Source: an uncultured Methanosarcinales archaeon (lineage in GTDB: Archaea; Nanobdellota; Nanobdellia; Woesearchaeales; JABIAG01). From it: a DNA stretch of 64,000 bases. Each line of letters opens with the position of its first letter. Position 1 is the first letter of the stretch. The DNA is taken from positions 29,199 through 93,198 of the forward strand of contig CAZJAJ010000001.1 in NCBI GenBank assembly GCA_964544335.1, given 5' to 3'. A model generated the notes under the pieces. That model was not told the DNA's origin. It saw only the letters and a list, made by a program, of their open reading frames with translations, and made no database searches. This document shows, piece after piece, positions 19,382-28,899 of the stretch. The position numbers and the translations under genes are program-made.

Positions 19382-19699
19382 ATGTCAATTCCACACTTTA
19401 AAGACTACATACAACGCATGGTTGACCTTGAAGAAAGAAAAGGGCACGACTATGCATCAGTTGAAGATCCGTTCAAAAATTTTCTTGAGTGCGAAAACCT
19501 AGAAATTTGTTCTGCAGAAAAGGGCATCCTTGTGCGAATGGCAGATAAAATTACTCGAGTCTCAAACCTCATCGATAAACAAGAAGCAGCACATGTTGCT
19601 GATGAGAAACTCGACGACACCCTTATTGATCTTGCAAACTATGCAATTATTTTAGCGTGTTATTTGAAAGTAAAAAGCATGAAAGAAAAGAGTGAATAA
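19382..19699 (+). CDS. small all-alpha protein, possibly MazG-like NTP-pyrophosphohydrolase fold (DUF1599-like)
   Basis: RKGHDYASVEDPFKNF...VRMADKITRVSNL pattern; weak. Confidence 0.3.
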   Translation: MSIPHFKDYIQRMVDLEERKGHDYASVEDPFKNFLECENLEICSAEKGILVRMADKITRVSNLIDKQEAAHVADEKLDDTLIDLANYAIILACYLKVKSMKEKSE

Positions 19700-19721
19700 A
19701 AAACAAAATTATTCTTTAGAA

Positions 19722-19883
19722 TTATTTCTTTTGCCAGCTGTATGAACGTAGCTTAGCAGTTTTACCATAGCCACATGAACTGCAGGTTTTCTTACTGGTG
19801 TGGTAACACATCTTACCGCATCGCCGACACTTTATGGTGTTGGTCTTTCCAGATTTTTTACCAAAACTTGCTGTTCCTTTCAT
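19722..19883 (-). CDS. rpl37e: 50S ribosomal protein L37e (53 aa, below the ORF-track cutoff)
   Basis: Manual translation [53 protein letters not shown] (C4 zinc ribbon). Its ATG overlaps the upstream Sm gene stop (ATGA). Confidence 0.85.
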   Translation of the reverse strand: MKGTASFGKKSGKTNTIKCRRCGKMCYHTSKKTCSSCGYGKTAKLRSYSWQKK

Positions 19884-20113
19884 TGTGGTGAAATAAAGAT
19901 GATGGTATCTCCTCGAATGAAGATTTTACCAAGACTTCGCTTGGTCTCACCATCTACCCGTTCCTCAGTATTATCTAGGACGGTATTAATGTGAATATCA
20001 AATGAGACTAAGTTACCAACGAACTGTTTTCCGTTTTTGAGTTCAACTATTACACGCTTGTTTCTTGCAGCGTTTAATGCATCAAGTGGTCTTGAGTTTT
20101 CCATACACGTCAT
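19880..20113 (-). CDS. archaeal Sm-like protein (SmAP)
   Basis: [38 protein letters not shown]....[11 protein letters not shown] gives Sm1/Sm2 motifs. Confidence 0.85.
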   Translation of the reverse strand: MTCMENSRPLDALNAARNKRVIVELKNGKQFVGNLVSFDIHINTVLDNTEERVDGETKRSLGKIFIRGDTIIFISPQ

Positions 20114-20146
20114 GAAACAGGGTCGCTTTTTAAAGGTTACTAATTA

Positions 20147-20938
20147 TTACTCACTAGAATCACTTGGATCTGCAGAATCAACTGATGCATTTTCCTTTGC
20201 TTTTTCTAATGCTTCTGCTTCTGCAATTATTTGAGGAAGCTCAAAGGTTCTTCGACAAAACTGCATATTTTCAAACGCACTCATTCGCTTACATGCAGAC
20301 GTATCACCATTCATGGCAACCACCCAAAGACAGTTATCCTTACCTGAAGAAAGTTCATCACACGTTGTTTTATTGACGATATTTCCCTCAGAAGGAGGAG
20401 ATGGTGTGAATCGAAGTTCATCAAATGCATTACGATAGCAAAACTCCTTGCCTGTTACTTGATAAGTGTGATTTGCATCCTCTCTAAAGTTATACACAAA
20501 TTCGGTAGCATTATCACAATAGATAATGGACTCGTCAGTAACATTCTTATCAATGAGATGAATGAGGCACGCATCCCTGAGTATCATGATAGATTCATTT
20601 TCTGCATGATCGATGAAATCACCAAGGCGTGTTGCATTAAATGCATCTTGCTCACTATACGATAAGCAAGATTCAGGAGTGGTAAGTGATGAGAAAAAGA
20701 GATCAAGTGCATCAGGTTCTTTTACTGGTTCTGATGCAGAACATCCTACGAGCAATAGTGCACATATAGCGACGATAACAAGCAGTGTGTGTTTCATGCA
20801 AAAACCTGAATATTTCTCCTTAATAAATATTACGACGATAGGAATAAAAGAATAAGATTTATAAAAGGATCTGGGTTTCAGGAAGACATGATCACACGAA
20901 AACGATCCAATAGAAAAGCTACAACCGGTAGATACCAC
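20147..20938 (-). CDS. Cys-rich secreted lipoprotein, hypothetical
   Basis: Internal start MKHTLLVIVAICALLLVGCSAS (lipobox); many Cys; acidic C-terminus. Confidence 0.45.
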   Translation of the reverse strand: MVSTGCSFSIGSFSCDHVFLKPRSFYKSYSFIPIVVIFIKEKYSGFCMKHTLLVIVAICALLLVGCSASEPVKEPDALDLFFSSLTTPESCLSYSEQDAFNATRLGDFIDHAENESIMILRDACLIHLIDKNVTDESIIYCDNATEFVYNFREDANHTYQVTGKEFCYRNAFDELRFTPSPPSEGNIVNKTTCDELSSGKDNCLWVVAMNGDTSACKRMSAFENMQFCRRTFELPQIIAEAEALEKAKENASVDSADPSDSSE

Positions 20939-21259
20939 AATGGTCGTAAAAAACGACAGTCAGAACTTGGTAGACTTCCTACAATGACTAAAGTAGGAGA
21001 AACCAGAGCTAAGACTGAACGAGTACGTGGTGGAAACGAAAAACAGCGTGTTCTACAATCAAATACAGTGAACTTATTCGACGGTAAAAAATACGTTAAA
21101 GCAACTATTAAACGTGTAGTTGAAAATCTTGCAAACCGAAACTTTATTCGGCGAAACATTATCACCAAAGGTGCCATTGTTGAAACCGACAAAGGAAATG
21201 CAAAGATTACCTCACGACCTGGTCAATCAGGTAGCCTTAACGCAGTTCTTGTAAAATAA
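20888..21259 (+). CDS. rps8e: 30S ribosomal protein S8e
   Basis: RKATTGRYHNGRKKRQSELGR ... NLANRNFIRRNIITKGAIVETDKGNAKITSRPGQSGSLNAVLV. Confidence 0.9.
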   Translation: MITRKRSNRKATTGRYHNGRKKRQSELGRLPTMTKVGETRAKTERVRGGNEKQRVLQSNTVNLFDGKKYVKATIKRVVENLANRNFIRRNIITKGAIVETDKGNAKITSRPGQSGSLNAVLVK

Positions 21260-21304
21260 ACCTCGAAGTAACATTTATATACTTCTTTTTTTAGTTGAAT
21301 TCTT

Positions 21305-21760
21305 ATGTGGAATCCTTTTAAGAAAAAATCCGACTCATTTGATGACGATGGATTAGATAGTCCTTTCTCAGGAGAGGGCAAATACCCACCAGGCGCAGAT
21401 CCAATGCAATCACCATTTCCTTCTAGTAACGATATGGGAAGTTCAGATCCATTCTCAAGACCTGATCCACTTGGAACGCCATCATTTCCACCAAGCATGG
21501 GACAACAAGAACAAATGCCTTCTTTTCCATCTCAAGAACCTATGAGACCTACACCAAATGGGTTTGGAAATCCACGGCCTATTTTATCTGAAGAACGACC
21601 ACTACCATCAGTACCACCTGTGCAACAATCAAATACCGGTGATAAAATGGAAGTAGTTATTGCAAAACTTGATAGTCTTAGATCCATGATGGATGTTATG
21701 AACCAGCGTATTGCGAATCTTGAAAATAAACTGGGTAATAACAACAATAGACAATGGTAA
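21305..21760 (+). CDS. Pro-rich low-complexity protein with C-terminal coiled coil, hypothetical
   Basis: ORF; P/S/F repeats then a heptad-like C-terminus. Confidence 0.35.
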   Translation: MWNPFKKKSDSFDDDGLDSPFSGEGKYPPGADPMQSPFPSSNDMGSSDPFSRPDPLGTPSFPPSMGQQEQMPSFPSQEPMRPTPNGFGNPRPILSEERPLPSVPPVQQSNTGDKMEVVIAKLDSLRSMMDVMNQRIANLENKLGNNNNRQW

Positions 21761-22185
21761 AGAATTTCTGGCACATCATCGTGAGCATAGTTGCACTTGA
21801 TCAAATCACTAAAGCACTTGTTGCAACATATACTCCAAATATTTCACTGCTTCCTTTCTTTTCATTAGTTACCGTAAAAAATTATGGTGCGGGATTTGGC
21901 ATTCTACAAGGACAACAATACATTCTTATTGCCATTTCACTTCTGGTACTTGCAGGTATTGTGTACTTTAGAAAAAGTATTGCAAAAGAAGATCATCTTG
22001 CGTTTGCATTAATCACTGGCGGACTTATTGGAAATCTTATTGATAGAATTTTTCGCAGATATGTGATTGATTTCTTTGATTTTTTTATTGGAACCTATCA
22101 CTGGCCTGCGTTTAATGTTGCAGATATTGCACTTGTTGTTGGTGTTGCATTGTTGATTATTAACGAAATAAGAAAGAAGAAATAG
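21754..22185 (+). CDS. lspA: lipoprotein signal peptidase (signal peptidase II)
   Basis: ALDQITK, NYGAGFG, GGLIGNLIDR, VIDFFDF and FNVADIAL match all conserved LspA blocks. Confidence 0.85.
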   Translation: MVKNFWHIIVSIVALDQITKALVATYTPNISLLPFFSLVTVKNYGAGFGILQGQQYILIAISLLVLAGIVYFRKSIAKEDHLAFALITGGLIGNLIDRIFRRYVIDFFDFFIGTYHWPAFNVADIALVVGVALLIINEIRKKK

Positions 22186-22190
22186 ATCTG

Positions 22191-23057
22191 TTAGTCAATT
22201 AACTTTTCTTCAAGAAATTTTCCCGACTGTTTTTTTAGAAAAGGAAAGTATAACATGGATTGGTAATGGCCACAGGGAAGATATGATGTTTCTGGTTGGT
22301 GAAGAGCTTTTCTAAAAAGTTCGGATTGCCTTGTTGGGACGGTTGTATCTTTTTCTGCAATTATCAAATATACAGATGTAGGGTCAATGTATGGTGCAAA
22401 ATCAATTGGATCAGGCGCAGTGAGTGTGTCAAGATCAATCTTTTTTCTTAGACGGCGCAATATTCCTTCCTCAGATGTTTCAAATATTTTTGGTATATCT
22501 CCACCCGTTAACATAAACACGTGTGCTGAACTCTCAACTCGTCCTGCAATGGTTGAACCAACAATACCACCAAGGCTAAAACCTACAATACCCAGCTTCC
22601 CTTTTTCATATGTTCTTAGCCAAGATGCGACATCACATCCTTCTTGATGAATAGTTGCTGCCCACTGTTCAAGTTCTGATTGCGTAAATGATTCTTCTAT
22701 TTCATCTGACTTTAATACGCATCCATTCATGCCATTTCTTGCATAGTGTTTTGCAAGAAGGTGCGCTAAGATATCGGGTCCTTTGAGCTGCGGGATTACA
22801 AGTACAGAGTTATTTTCCCCGTGTGCATTATACATCGTTATCTTTGAATTACCCAGTGTATATTTTTCAACAATATATGATGATTTTTTTGTAGTTGATA
22901 CGTGTGTTGGCTTTCGCATTGGAATATAGACTTCTTTTTGTAGTGGTTGTGGTTGATGTGTTGCTGCAGGAATAGTTGAAGGTGTTCTACAGCTTGTTGT
23001 AAGTAGCAGTGAAAGGCTAATGCAAGAGAGTAGTTTTTGGCTGCGCATGAAATCCAA
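22191..23057 (-). CDS. alpha/beta hydrolase, secreted or lipoprotein
   Basis: GFSLGG nucleophile elbow; N-terminal signal with Cys (LLLTTSC). Confidence 0.6.
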   Translation of the reverse strand: MDFMRSQKLLSCISLSLLLTTSCRTPSTIPAATHQPQPLQKEVYIPMRKPTHVSTTKKSSYIVEKYTLGNSKITMYNAHGENNSVLVIPQLKGPDILAHLLAKHYARNGMNGCVLKSDEIEESFTQSELEQWAATIHQEGCDVASWLRTYEKGKLGIVGFSLGGIVGSTIAGRVESSAHVFMLTGGDIPKIFETSEEGILRRLRKKIDLDTLTAPDPIDFAPYIDPTSVYLIIAEKDTTVPTRQSELFRKALHQPETSYLPCGHYQSMLYFPFLKKQSGKFLEEKLID

Positions 23058-24510
23058 GCTCCTTTACTTTTTTCTTTACACCCTTTGCAAGAAAATGCAT
23101 CGAGTCACCTTCATTAAGAACCGTACTATGTAGTGTAACTGATTCTGGACTAAGAGCACCTGCATCAATTTTTTTTCTAAGCCACTTAAGAAAATCAAGT
23201 CCATCATTTTTTGCCGTAAATCCACCACCCATAATACTTAAATCCATGTCTGTTAGAATTACTTCTGCTTGTGGTGCAAGGGACTTTGCTTGCGCAAGTG
23301 TTCCTGCTTGCAATACATGATATCCTTGCTGTTCATAGATTTTCACGAGTCTATCTCTGGTGTGTTTTTTATCTTCAACAATTAATGCAACGGGCTTTGT
23401 TGGTTGTTCTTGTTGTTGTTTTTCAGATAATTGTGCAAGATAATACGGAAGAAGGAAATCTATGCCAAAGTACTGTGCTTCACCAGAATTACCCAGATTT
23501 TCTCGTGCGTGAAAGGGATTTTTTTTCCATACATTATAGTGTGTCCCTCTTGCATACACGGGAAGTGGTTCTTTTACTTGATGCTTCCAACCATTCTTCA
23601 CCCACACCATCCGTTGTGTTCTGTGAAGTATTTCTCTGTTCGTATTAAGAAGAGGATATTCGTTGAGTATCTCTAAAGGATCTTGTGAAGGAATACCGTT
23701 GAGTTGTGCTATTGCTTCAAAAAGTGCATTATCTTCATCTGATTGTGTCACATAGTGACGTTCAAGTGCAATTTTGTATTCAGGAGAGGGATTAAAGTTC
23801 ATAAGTGCTCCAAGACGTATCATGAATAACCAATCACTGCTATGTGTTGGTACTTTAACAATGCCTGCATCAATTTCAAGGTTTCTTATTTTTTTAAGAT
23901 AATTTGCCCGAATGCATTCTTGAAGTAGAGCATCTGCTTCTTTAGAGGGTGCCATTTTTTTCAACCCTTCTGCAAGTACCAATGTATCAAGTACCCTACT
24001 ACGAGAGAGTTTCATTTTTGAAACACGAAGGTCGCTATGTGTTCCTGGAAGTTCAAGATCGTTCTCAAAAAGCATTGCACTAATTTCTGATGCATGTGCT
24101 TGTACATCTTCTCTTTCTTGCATAAAACTGTAGGCAAAAAGTAATTGAGAGAGTTTATTTGCAGAAAGAGCTTCAGCAGTAAGTGAACTAAATGTCTGCA
24201 CCATTTCAGCTATGCGTCGACTATCCTTTTCATTTGGATCAGTATGCTGTTTTACTGCAAGTGCTGCAAGATATTGCATGGTTGAGTCAATGTGTGCTTC
24301 ACCACGAGAGTTTTGTGGAACCATCCCTGCATCAAGTGGAACACGTTCTGAGAAATACTGTTCTTTGAAAGATAGATCATACGCTGCCTGTTCTTTTCTT
24401 AGAGCAATGTGCTCAAGAGAACTATCGTATCTATGTTGTTCAATAGAGCTACACCCTGCAACTAATAAGGATGCTACAGATGCGGCTATTGGTTTTACAA
24501 ATCTATTCAT
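23017..24510 (-). CDS. predicted lipoprotein with C-terminal response-regulator receiver (REC)-like domain
   Basis: Lipobox LLVAGCSS; C-terminal VALIVEDKK...ILTDMDL...HST...FLAKG has the REC DD/D/T/K spacing. Confidence 0.45.
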   Translation of the reverse strand: MNRFVKPIAASVASLLVAGCSSIEQHRYDSSLEHIALRKEQAAYDLSFKEQYFSERVPLDAGMVPQNSRGEAHIDSTMQYLAALAVKQHTDPNEKDSRRIAEMVQTFSSLTAEALSANKLSQLLFAYSFMQEREDVQAHASEISAMLFENDLELPGTHSDLRVSKMKLSRSRVLDTLVLAEGLKKMAPSKEADALLQECIRANYLKKIRNLEIDAGIVKVPTHSSDWLFMIRLGALMNFNPSPEYKIALERHYVTQSDEDNALFEAIAQLNGIPSQDPLEILNEYPLLNTNREILHRTQRMVWVKNGWKHQVKEPLPVYARGTHYNVWKKNPFHARENLGNSGEAQYFGIDFLLPYYLAQLSEKQQQEQPTKPVALIVEDKKHTRDRLVKIYEQQGYHVLQAGTLAQAKSLAPQAEVILTDMDLSIMGGGFTAKNDGLDFLKWLRKKIDAGALSPESVTLHSTVLNEGDSMHFLAKGVKKKVKELGFHAQPKTTLLH

Positions 24511-25245
24511 CTACTTTTTCTTTTTAGTTACCTTCTTTTTAGTTGTTTTCTTTTTGGTAGCTTTTTTAGTAGACTTTTTGGATGATTTTTTAGTGGTTTT
24601 TTTTGCAACTTTTTTCTTTGCAGGAGTTTTCTTAGTGGCTTTTTTCTTCGTTACTTTCTTCGTTACTTTTTTTGTTGATGTTTTAGATTTCTTAGCTGCT
24701 TTTTTTGTCACTTTGGTAGGTGCTACTTGTTCTTTCTCAAGTGCAACTGCTGCCTGAGCAGATCCATCCATGACAATAGTACCTTCAAGATCAGTATTCT
24801 CTCTGTTTTTTGCAGCAACATCAAATGCTGCCCGTAGTTTATCAAATGCTGCTTCTGTTGAAATTTTTTCTTCTTGTAGTGTTTTCATTTCTGGTTCGTA
24901 TTCAGCAGTAAATTCATAGGAACTTACACGCTTTACTGTACCTGCAAAAACACATACTATGAAGGAAATTACTTGGAGTACAATAAGCACGAATCGAGTA
25001 ATGGTTGCGCTTTGTACAAACAAGAAGAGCATGTAACTAATAGTAAAGGCAAAGATGATCATGGAAAGAATGTACCCTTCTTTTCTATCGTTGCCCACCA
25101 TGATGAGTGAGACCATTGCAAGAATGGAAAAGAGTGCAAAGATTACAAGGTCACTTGATGTGATCGCCTGTTCTAGTGTAGTGATCAACATATACACAAA
25201 TGAGAGTGCATAGGTAATAAATATAGTTAGGTATGCTCGATTCAT
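24511..25245 (-). CDS. membrane protein with Lys-rich histone-H1-like C-terminal tail
   Basis: Four TM helices then KKxTKK repeats over ~70 aa. Confidence 0.45.
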   Translation of the reverse strand: MNRAYLTIFITYALSFVYMLITTLEQAITSSDLVIFALFSILAMVSLIMVGNDRKEGYILSMIIFAFTISYMLFLFVQSATITRFVLIVLQVISFIVCVFAGTVKRVSSYEFTAEYEPEMKTLQEEKISTEAAFDKLRAAFDVAAKNRENTDLEGTIVMDGSAQAAVALEKEQVAPTKVTKKAAKKSKTSTKKVTKKVTKKKATKKTPAKKKVAKKTTKKSSKKSTKKATKKKTTKKKVTKKKK

Positions 25246-25277
25246 AGAAGAAAAAAGAAAAAAGAGGTTTTTAAATA

Positions 25278-26240
25278 TTATGAGGCTCGAATATCATGCT
25301 TCCCATATGCTCCTGAATACTCAGGAATAGGCATATCTTTGATGTGTCGTTGTTGTAGTTGCGTAATGCAGTACCCGAGCTTTTCGCCAAAGTCAATTTT
25401 GGTTGTTGCTTGTGATGCCTGATGTAAGAGTTGCTGGCTGGTACACAAGGATTGATAGGTGAGTGGAACAAGTTTTGATATTCGTTCAAGATCATCTATC
25501 ACATACGTACCTACTTGATTAAGACGTTCAAGGCATTGTTTGTCAAGTTCTAATTGTATTAGGTCGTTTTGTGCACGGTTGTAGGACATTTTATGTCTTC
25601 CAACAGAGCATTGCAAACTTTCTCTTCTTGGGTGTTGACCTTCGTGCTGTATACGAAGGTCAGATAACTCAAGAAGTATTGCAAGAAACTGAGGCGATGT
25701 TTCATCTACGGCTACAAGTTGTTTTTCAATTTCTGCAATATGTGATTCAAGGTCAGGACTGTCTTGTTCTATTCGCCGTAATGAATCAAGTGCTTTTTGA
25801 TAGGATACTACTTCTTCTTTGAATGTGCGTTGCATGTCACTTGCACATCGATCGGTTCGTTGTATTTGATGACTTATGGTAGATAAATCTTGTTTAAGTA
25901 ATCCAATTTGATCTCGTATTACGGGTTCTACATTTGCAAGAACATCGTGAATACTTTTTGGAGAGGTATCTACATATGTTGCAAGACCAATTGATGCGAG
26001 TCCTTCATAACACATCTTTGAAAACCAATGCATACGTGGTTCTTTTATCGTGAATGTTTTGAGTAATTCTTTGTGCGGAATGTGTTGCCTTAGTGCATCA
26101 ACAACTCGTTGTGATCGATCTGCCATTGTTGATGAATAGATGGCAAGTGAGTTGGCACTACTGCTTCTTAATGCCAAACCACCATCTAGGCCTTTTGCAC
26201 CATACTGTTGTGATAAAAAATAATCAGATGTTTTTTTCAT
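25278..26240 (-). CDS. hypothetical coiled-coil protein
   Basis: ORF; 4-nt ATGA overlap with the upstream gene. Confidence 0.35.
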   Translation of the reverse strand: MKKTSDYFLSQQYGAKGLDGGLALRSSSANSLAIYSSTMADRSQRVVDALRQHIPHKELLKTFTIKEPRMHWFSKMCYEGLASIGLATYVDTSPKSIHDVLANVEPVIRDQIGLLKQDLSTISHQIQRTDRCASDMQRTFKEEVVSYQKALDSLRRIEQDSPDLESHIAEIEKQLVAVDETSPQFLAILLELSDLRIQHEGQHPRRESLQCSVGRHKMSYNRAQNDLIQLELDKQCLERLNQVGTYVIDDLERISKLVPLTYQSLCTSQQLLHQASQATTKIDFGEKLGYCITQLQQRHIKDMPIPEYSGAYGKHDIRAS

Positions 26241-26479
26241 GGTCGCACCTCCGTGTAATCCAATGCATCTTCGAGCGTGCTAGTGTCTAACTGACGGATA
26301 TAACGCATGACATTTACCGGGTCTGCATGCAAGTAGATTTGTCCATTTGTTGAACGTAGTGCATCACAACCCTGATAGTGCAAGTACTCTGGTTCTCGTG
26401 GAAGTGTGTGATAGAGATAATTTCCTGCTGCCACTAGTAATCCAAATGCTCCTGCTCCTGCAATAATTCTCCTCATCAT
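26237..26479 (-). CDS. small membrane-anchored protein
   Basis: N-terminal TM; ATGA overlaps on both sides. Confidence 0.3.
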   Translation of the reverse strand: MMRRIIAGAGAFGLLVAAGNYLYHTLPREPEYLHYQGCDALRSTNGQIYLHADPVNVMRYIRQLDTSTLEDALDYTEVRP

Positions 26480-26970
26480 CGTAATCGTTCCTCCAAGAGT
26501 TGCTGATTGTGTTGTTGCTGTGTTGCTGATGCTGCTTTAGGATCATCTTTTGGTGTAATCAAATATTCTATTGCACTTTCTGCTCGTTTAAATGCAGACT
26601 TTCCTCGTGCAAGTGCTGCTTCTTCAAAGTACTTGTTCAAAAATGCATTACGATCTTTTTCTGAAAGTTCACTTACACCTTGTTGAAGGATGTAATACTT
26701 TTCTTTTTCTGAAAAGAGATTCCATTTTGCTCCAAGACTCATCTCATCTGTAAGGTAAGAACGAAGTTCGTGTACTTGAGATCCTGTTAGGTTACGGGTC
26801 AGAGATTCAGGACTGGTGTAGGTAGTGTGTTCAACTATGCTTCGAGAAATTTCTCGCGGTGATGGCAGCTCTGCAATGTGTTGCGGACGTAAATAACTTC
26901 CAAGAACAAAAGCCCCCACCACTGTTGCTCCTGCCAATGCACATGCTTTTTTCTTAATGATGTATGCCAT
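26476..26970 (-). CDS. membrane-anchored hypothetical protein
   Basis: N-terminal TM; first gene of a three-gene translationally coupled unit. Confidence 0.35.
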   Translation of the reverse strand: MAYIIKKKACALAGATVVGAFVLGSYLRPQHIAELPSPREISRSIVEHTTYTSPESLTRNLTGSQVHELRSYLTDEMSLGAKWNLFSEKEKYYILQQGVSELSEKDRNAFLNKYFEEAALARGKSAFKRAESAIEYLITPKDDPKAASATQQQHNQQLLEERLR

Positions 26971-27099
26971 ACCATATTCTTAATTAGAATCTGTATATGT
27001 TGCTCGATGGAATTGTTGAAATATTTTCGGAAAGGATCAGAATATTTTCAAAAACGTGAATAAGAATTGTAAATTTTTCAGAAAATTAATTTTTAACGT

Positions 27100-27765
27100 C
27101 TATTTACCAAAGTTTCGTGTTCGTTCTTTAAATTGTGCTACAATGTCTGCAATATGTTCATTGGTGAGTGCTGGCCAAAATGTTTCTGGAAAGAACCATT
27201 CTGAGTATGCAGACTGCCAGAGTAAAAAGTTTGAAATTCTTTTTGCACCACCGGTTCGAACAACAATATCGGGATTATCGTTCATGTCAAGTAATTCTGC
27301 AAAAGTTTCTTCGGTTACCTCTTGTCCATTGTTGATTGCTTTGTTACATGCACGAACTATTTCATCTCGCCCACCATATCCAAAACAAAAATTAAGTTTG
27401 AGTGGACCGTGTGATCCTTGTTCTAAATCTGCAATCATCGTTTGCATATCTTTTGGAAATAGTGCAGGATTTCCAAGAAAGGAAATAGTGTATTTTTCTT
27501 TTGTTTCTGGCGTGTTAAATTTTTTGAAATATTCTCTAAAGAGATCAAAGATCACTTTTTTTTCTATTGCTGTTCGATTAAAATTTTCAGTTGAAAAGAG
27601 ATAAAATGTTAATGCTCTTGCTCCTTGTTCTTTGCAATACTCTATGACACGCTCAAGTGTTTTTGCACCTTCAAGATGTCCTTCTAGTTTGGATTTACCA
27701 ACTGAAACAGCCCATCGCCGATTGCCATCGCAAATAAATGCAAGGTGTAGATCTTTACATAACAT
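27100..27765 (-). CDS. uppS: undecaprenyl diphosphate synthase (cis-prenyltransferase)
   Basis: FICDGNRRWA, YLFSTENFNR and RTGGAKRISNFLLWQSAYSEWFF match UPPS. Confidence 0.85.
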   Translation of the reverse strand: MLCKDLHLAFICDGNRRWAVSVGKSKLEGHLEGAKTLERVIEYCKEQGARALTFYLFSTENFNRTAIEKKVIFDLFREYFKKFNTPETKEKYTISFLGNPALFPKDMQTMIADLEQGSHGPLKLNFCFGYGGRDEIVRACNKAINNGQEVTEETFAELLDMNDNPDIVVRTGGAKRISNFLLWQSAYSEWFFPETFWPALTNEHIADIVAQFKERTRNFGK

Positions 27766-27816
27766 AAGAGATAATAGACGATAAGAAGTTTATAAAGGTA
27801 ATGAACTATTGGTCAG

Positions 27817-28848
27817 CTATTGATCAATGTCCTGTACATATCGTACTGTTCCATCTTGCATGAGCATTTTTGAAAAACGCATAAAGACGACATCATTAAC
27901 GCGAAGGGAAAGTGCATCTTTTGCAAAATCAACACGAGAAGTAATTGAGATAGGAAGATTTTTCACCAGATGATATTGTTCTAGAATATGACGTTTGATT
28001 TTATCCATCTCCTCTTCTTGTTCATTAAATGGGAGGCATACAAGATCAACGCCACATGCTTGAAGGTGATGAAATATTCTTTTTGGTCTTGATTTGAGTG
28101 CGCGAAAAGGTTTTCGTCTAAATAACTGTTGTTCATGTGCCATAAGCACATATGTAAATGAAGCAGAGGGGAATAACGTTTGCATGGGTTCAAAAAGTTC
28201 TGTTTGCAAGGAAGGGATGTGCATATCTATTACTCCACATTTACTTTCCATGATAAGAATGTGGTGATTACCGCCATCATGATAATCAAACATACCATCA
28301 ATTTCTTTGATTTTACGATAGGAGAATTGTTCTTTTTCATCTTTTTTAAGAAGTACAAGGTTAGGATACCGTTCTATTTTAAGAATCAAATCATTAGTAT
28401 TTGTTAATACATATCCTTCCCTTTTTTCAGGGTCAAATCCTCTATCAAATATCCCTTTTCTTTTTCCACTATGGAATTGAGTTCTAAGCCAACGCTTGGT
28501 TATTCTTCGTGCAACTTCTTCGGCGCATGCGCCCACTATGTTTCGCATGTGTCCTTCTAGCGACCCATCTTCAGGAGTACACTCAAGTGCAAGTAAGTCA
28601 TCTACACCCACAAGGTCGTAAGAATTACCATTAATTGCATAGGAAAGAACTGCTCTTTCAAGATCTGATTTTTTTGCATTATATGCATCAAATGGCGTAT
28701 GATAGATATACCTTCCAGAAATTGCGTGGGTTGAAGAAACCACAAGATGTTCACTTCCTTGTGCATATGGTCTTGGGGTATAGAGATGAAAAGGTGAGAG
28801 AGAAGAAGGTGCCATGAATGATCCTACGAAAAGGAAGTATAAGAACAC
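27817..28848 (-). CDS. hypothetical protein
   Basis: ORF only. Confidence 0.35.
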   Translation of the reverse strand: MFLYFLFVGSFMAPSSLSPFHLYTPRPYAQGSEHLVVSSTHAISGRYIYHTPFDAYNAKKSDLERAVLSYAINGNSYDLVGVDDLLALECTPEDGSLEGHMRNIVGACAEEVARRITKRWLRTQFHSGKRKGIFDRGFDPEKREGYVLTNTNDLILKIERYPNLVLLKKDEKEQFSYRKIKEIDGMFDYHDGGNHHILIMESKCGVIDMHIPSLQTELFEPMQTLFPSASFTYVLMAHEQQLFRRKPFRALKSRPKRIFHHLQACGVDLVCLPFNEQEEEMDKIKRHILEQYHLVKNLPISITSRVDFAKDALSLRVNDVVFMRFSKMLMQDGTVRYVQDIDQ

Positions 28849-28899
28849 TTCTATCCTCTAGACAAGAAGATTTATAAAATATCAACCCTTCAAGAGTGT

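Noticed and set aside
24511-24720. Tandem nucleotide repeats (ttt ctt / agt ttt motifs) here and at 42640-42850
   Set aside because: They are the coding sequence of Lys-rich KKxTKK protein tails, not non-coding tandem repeats.
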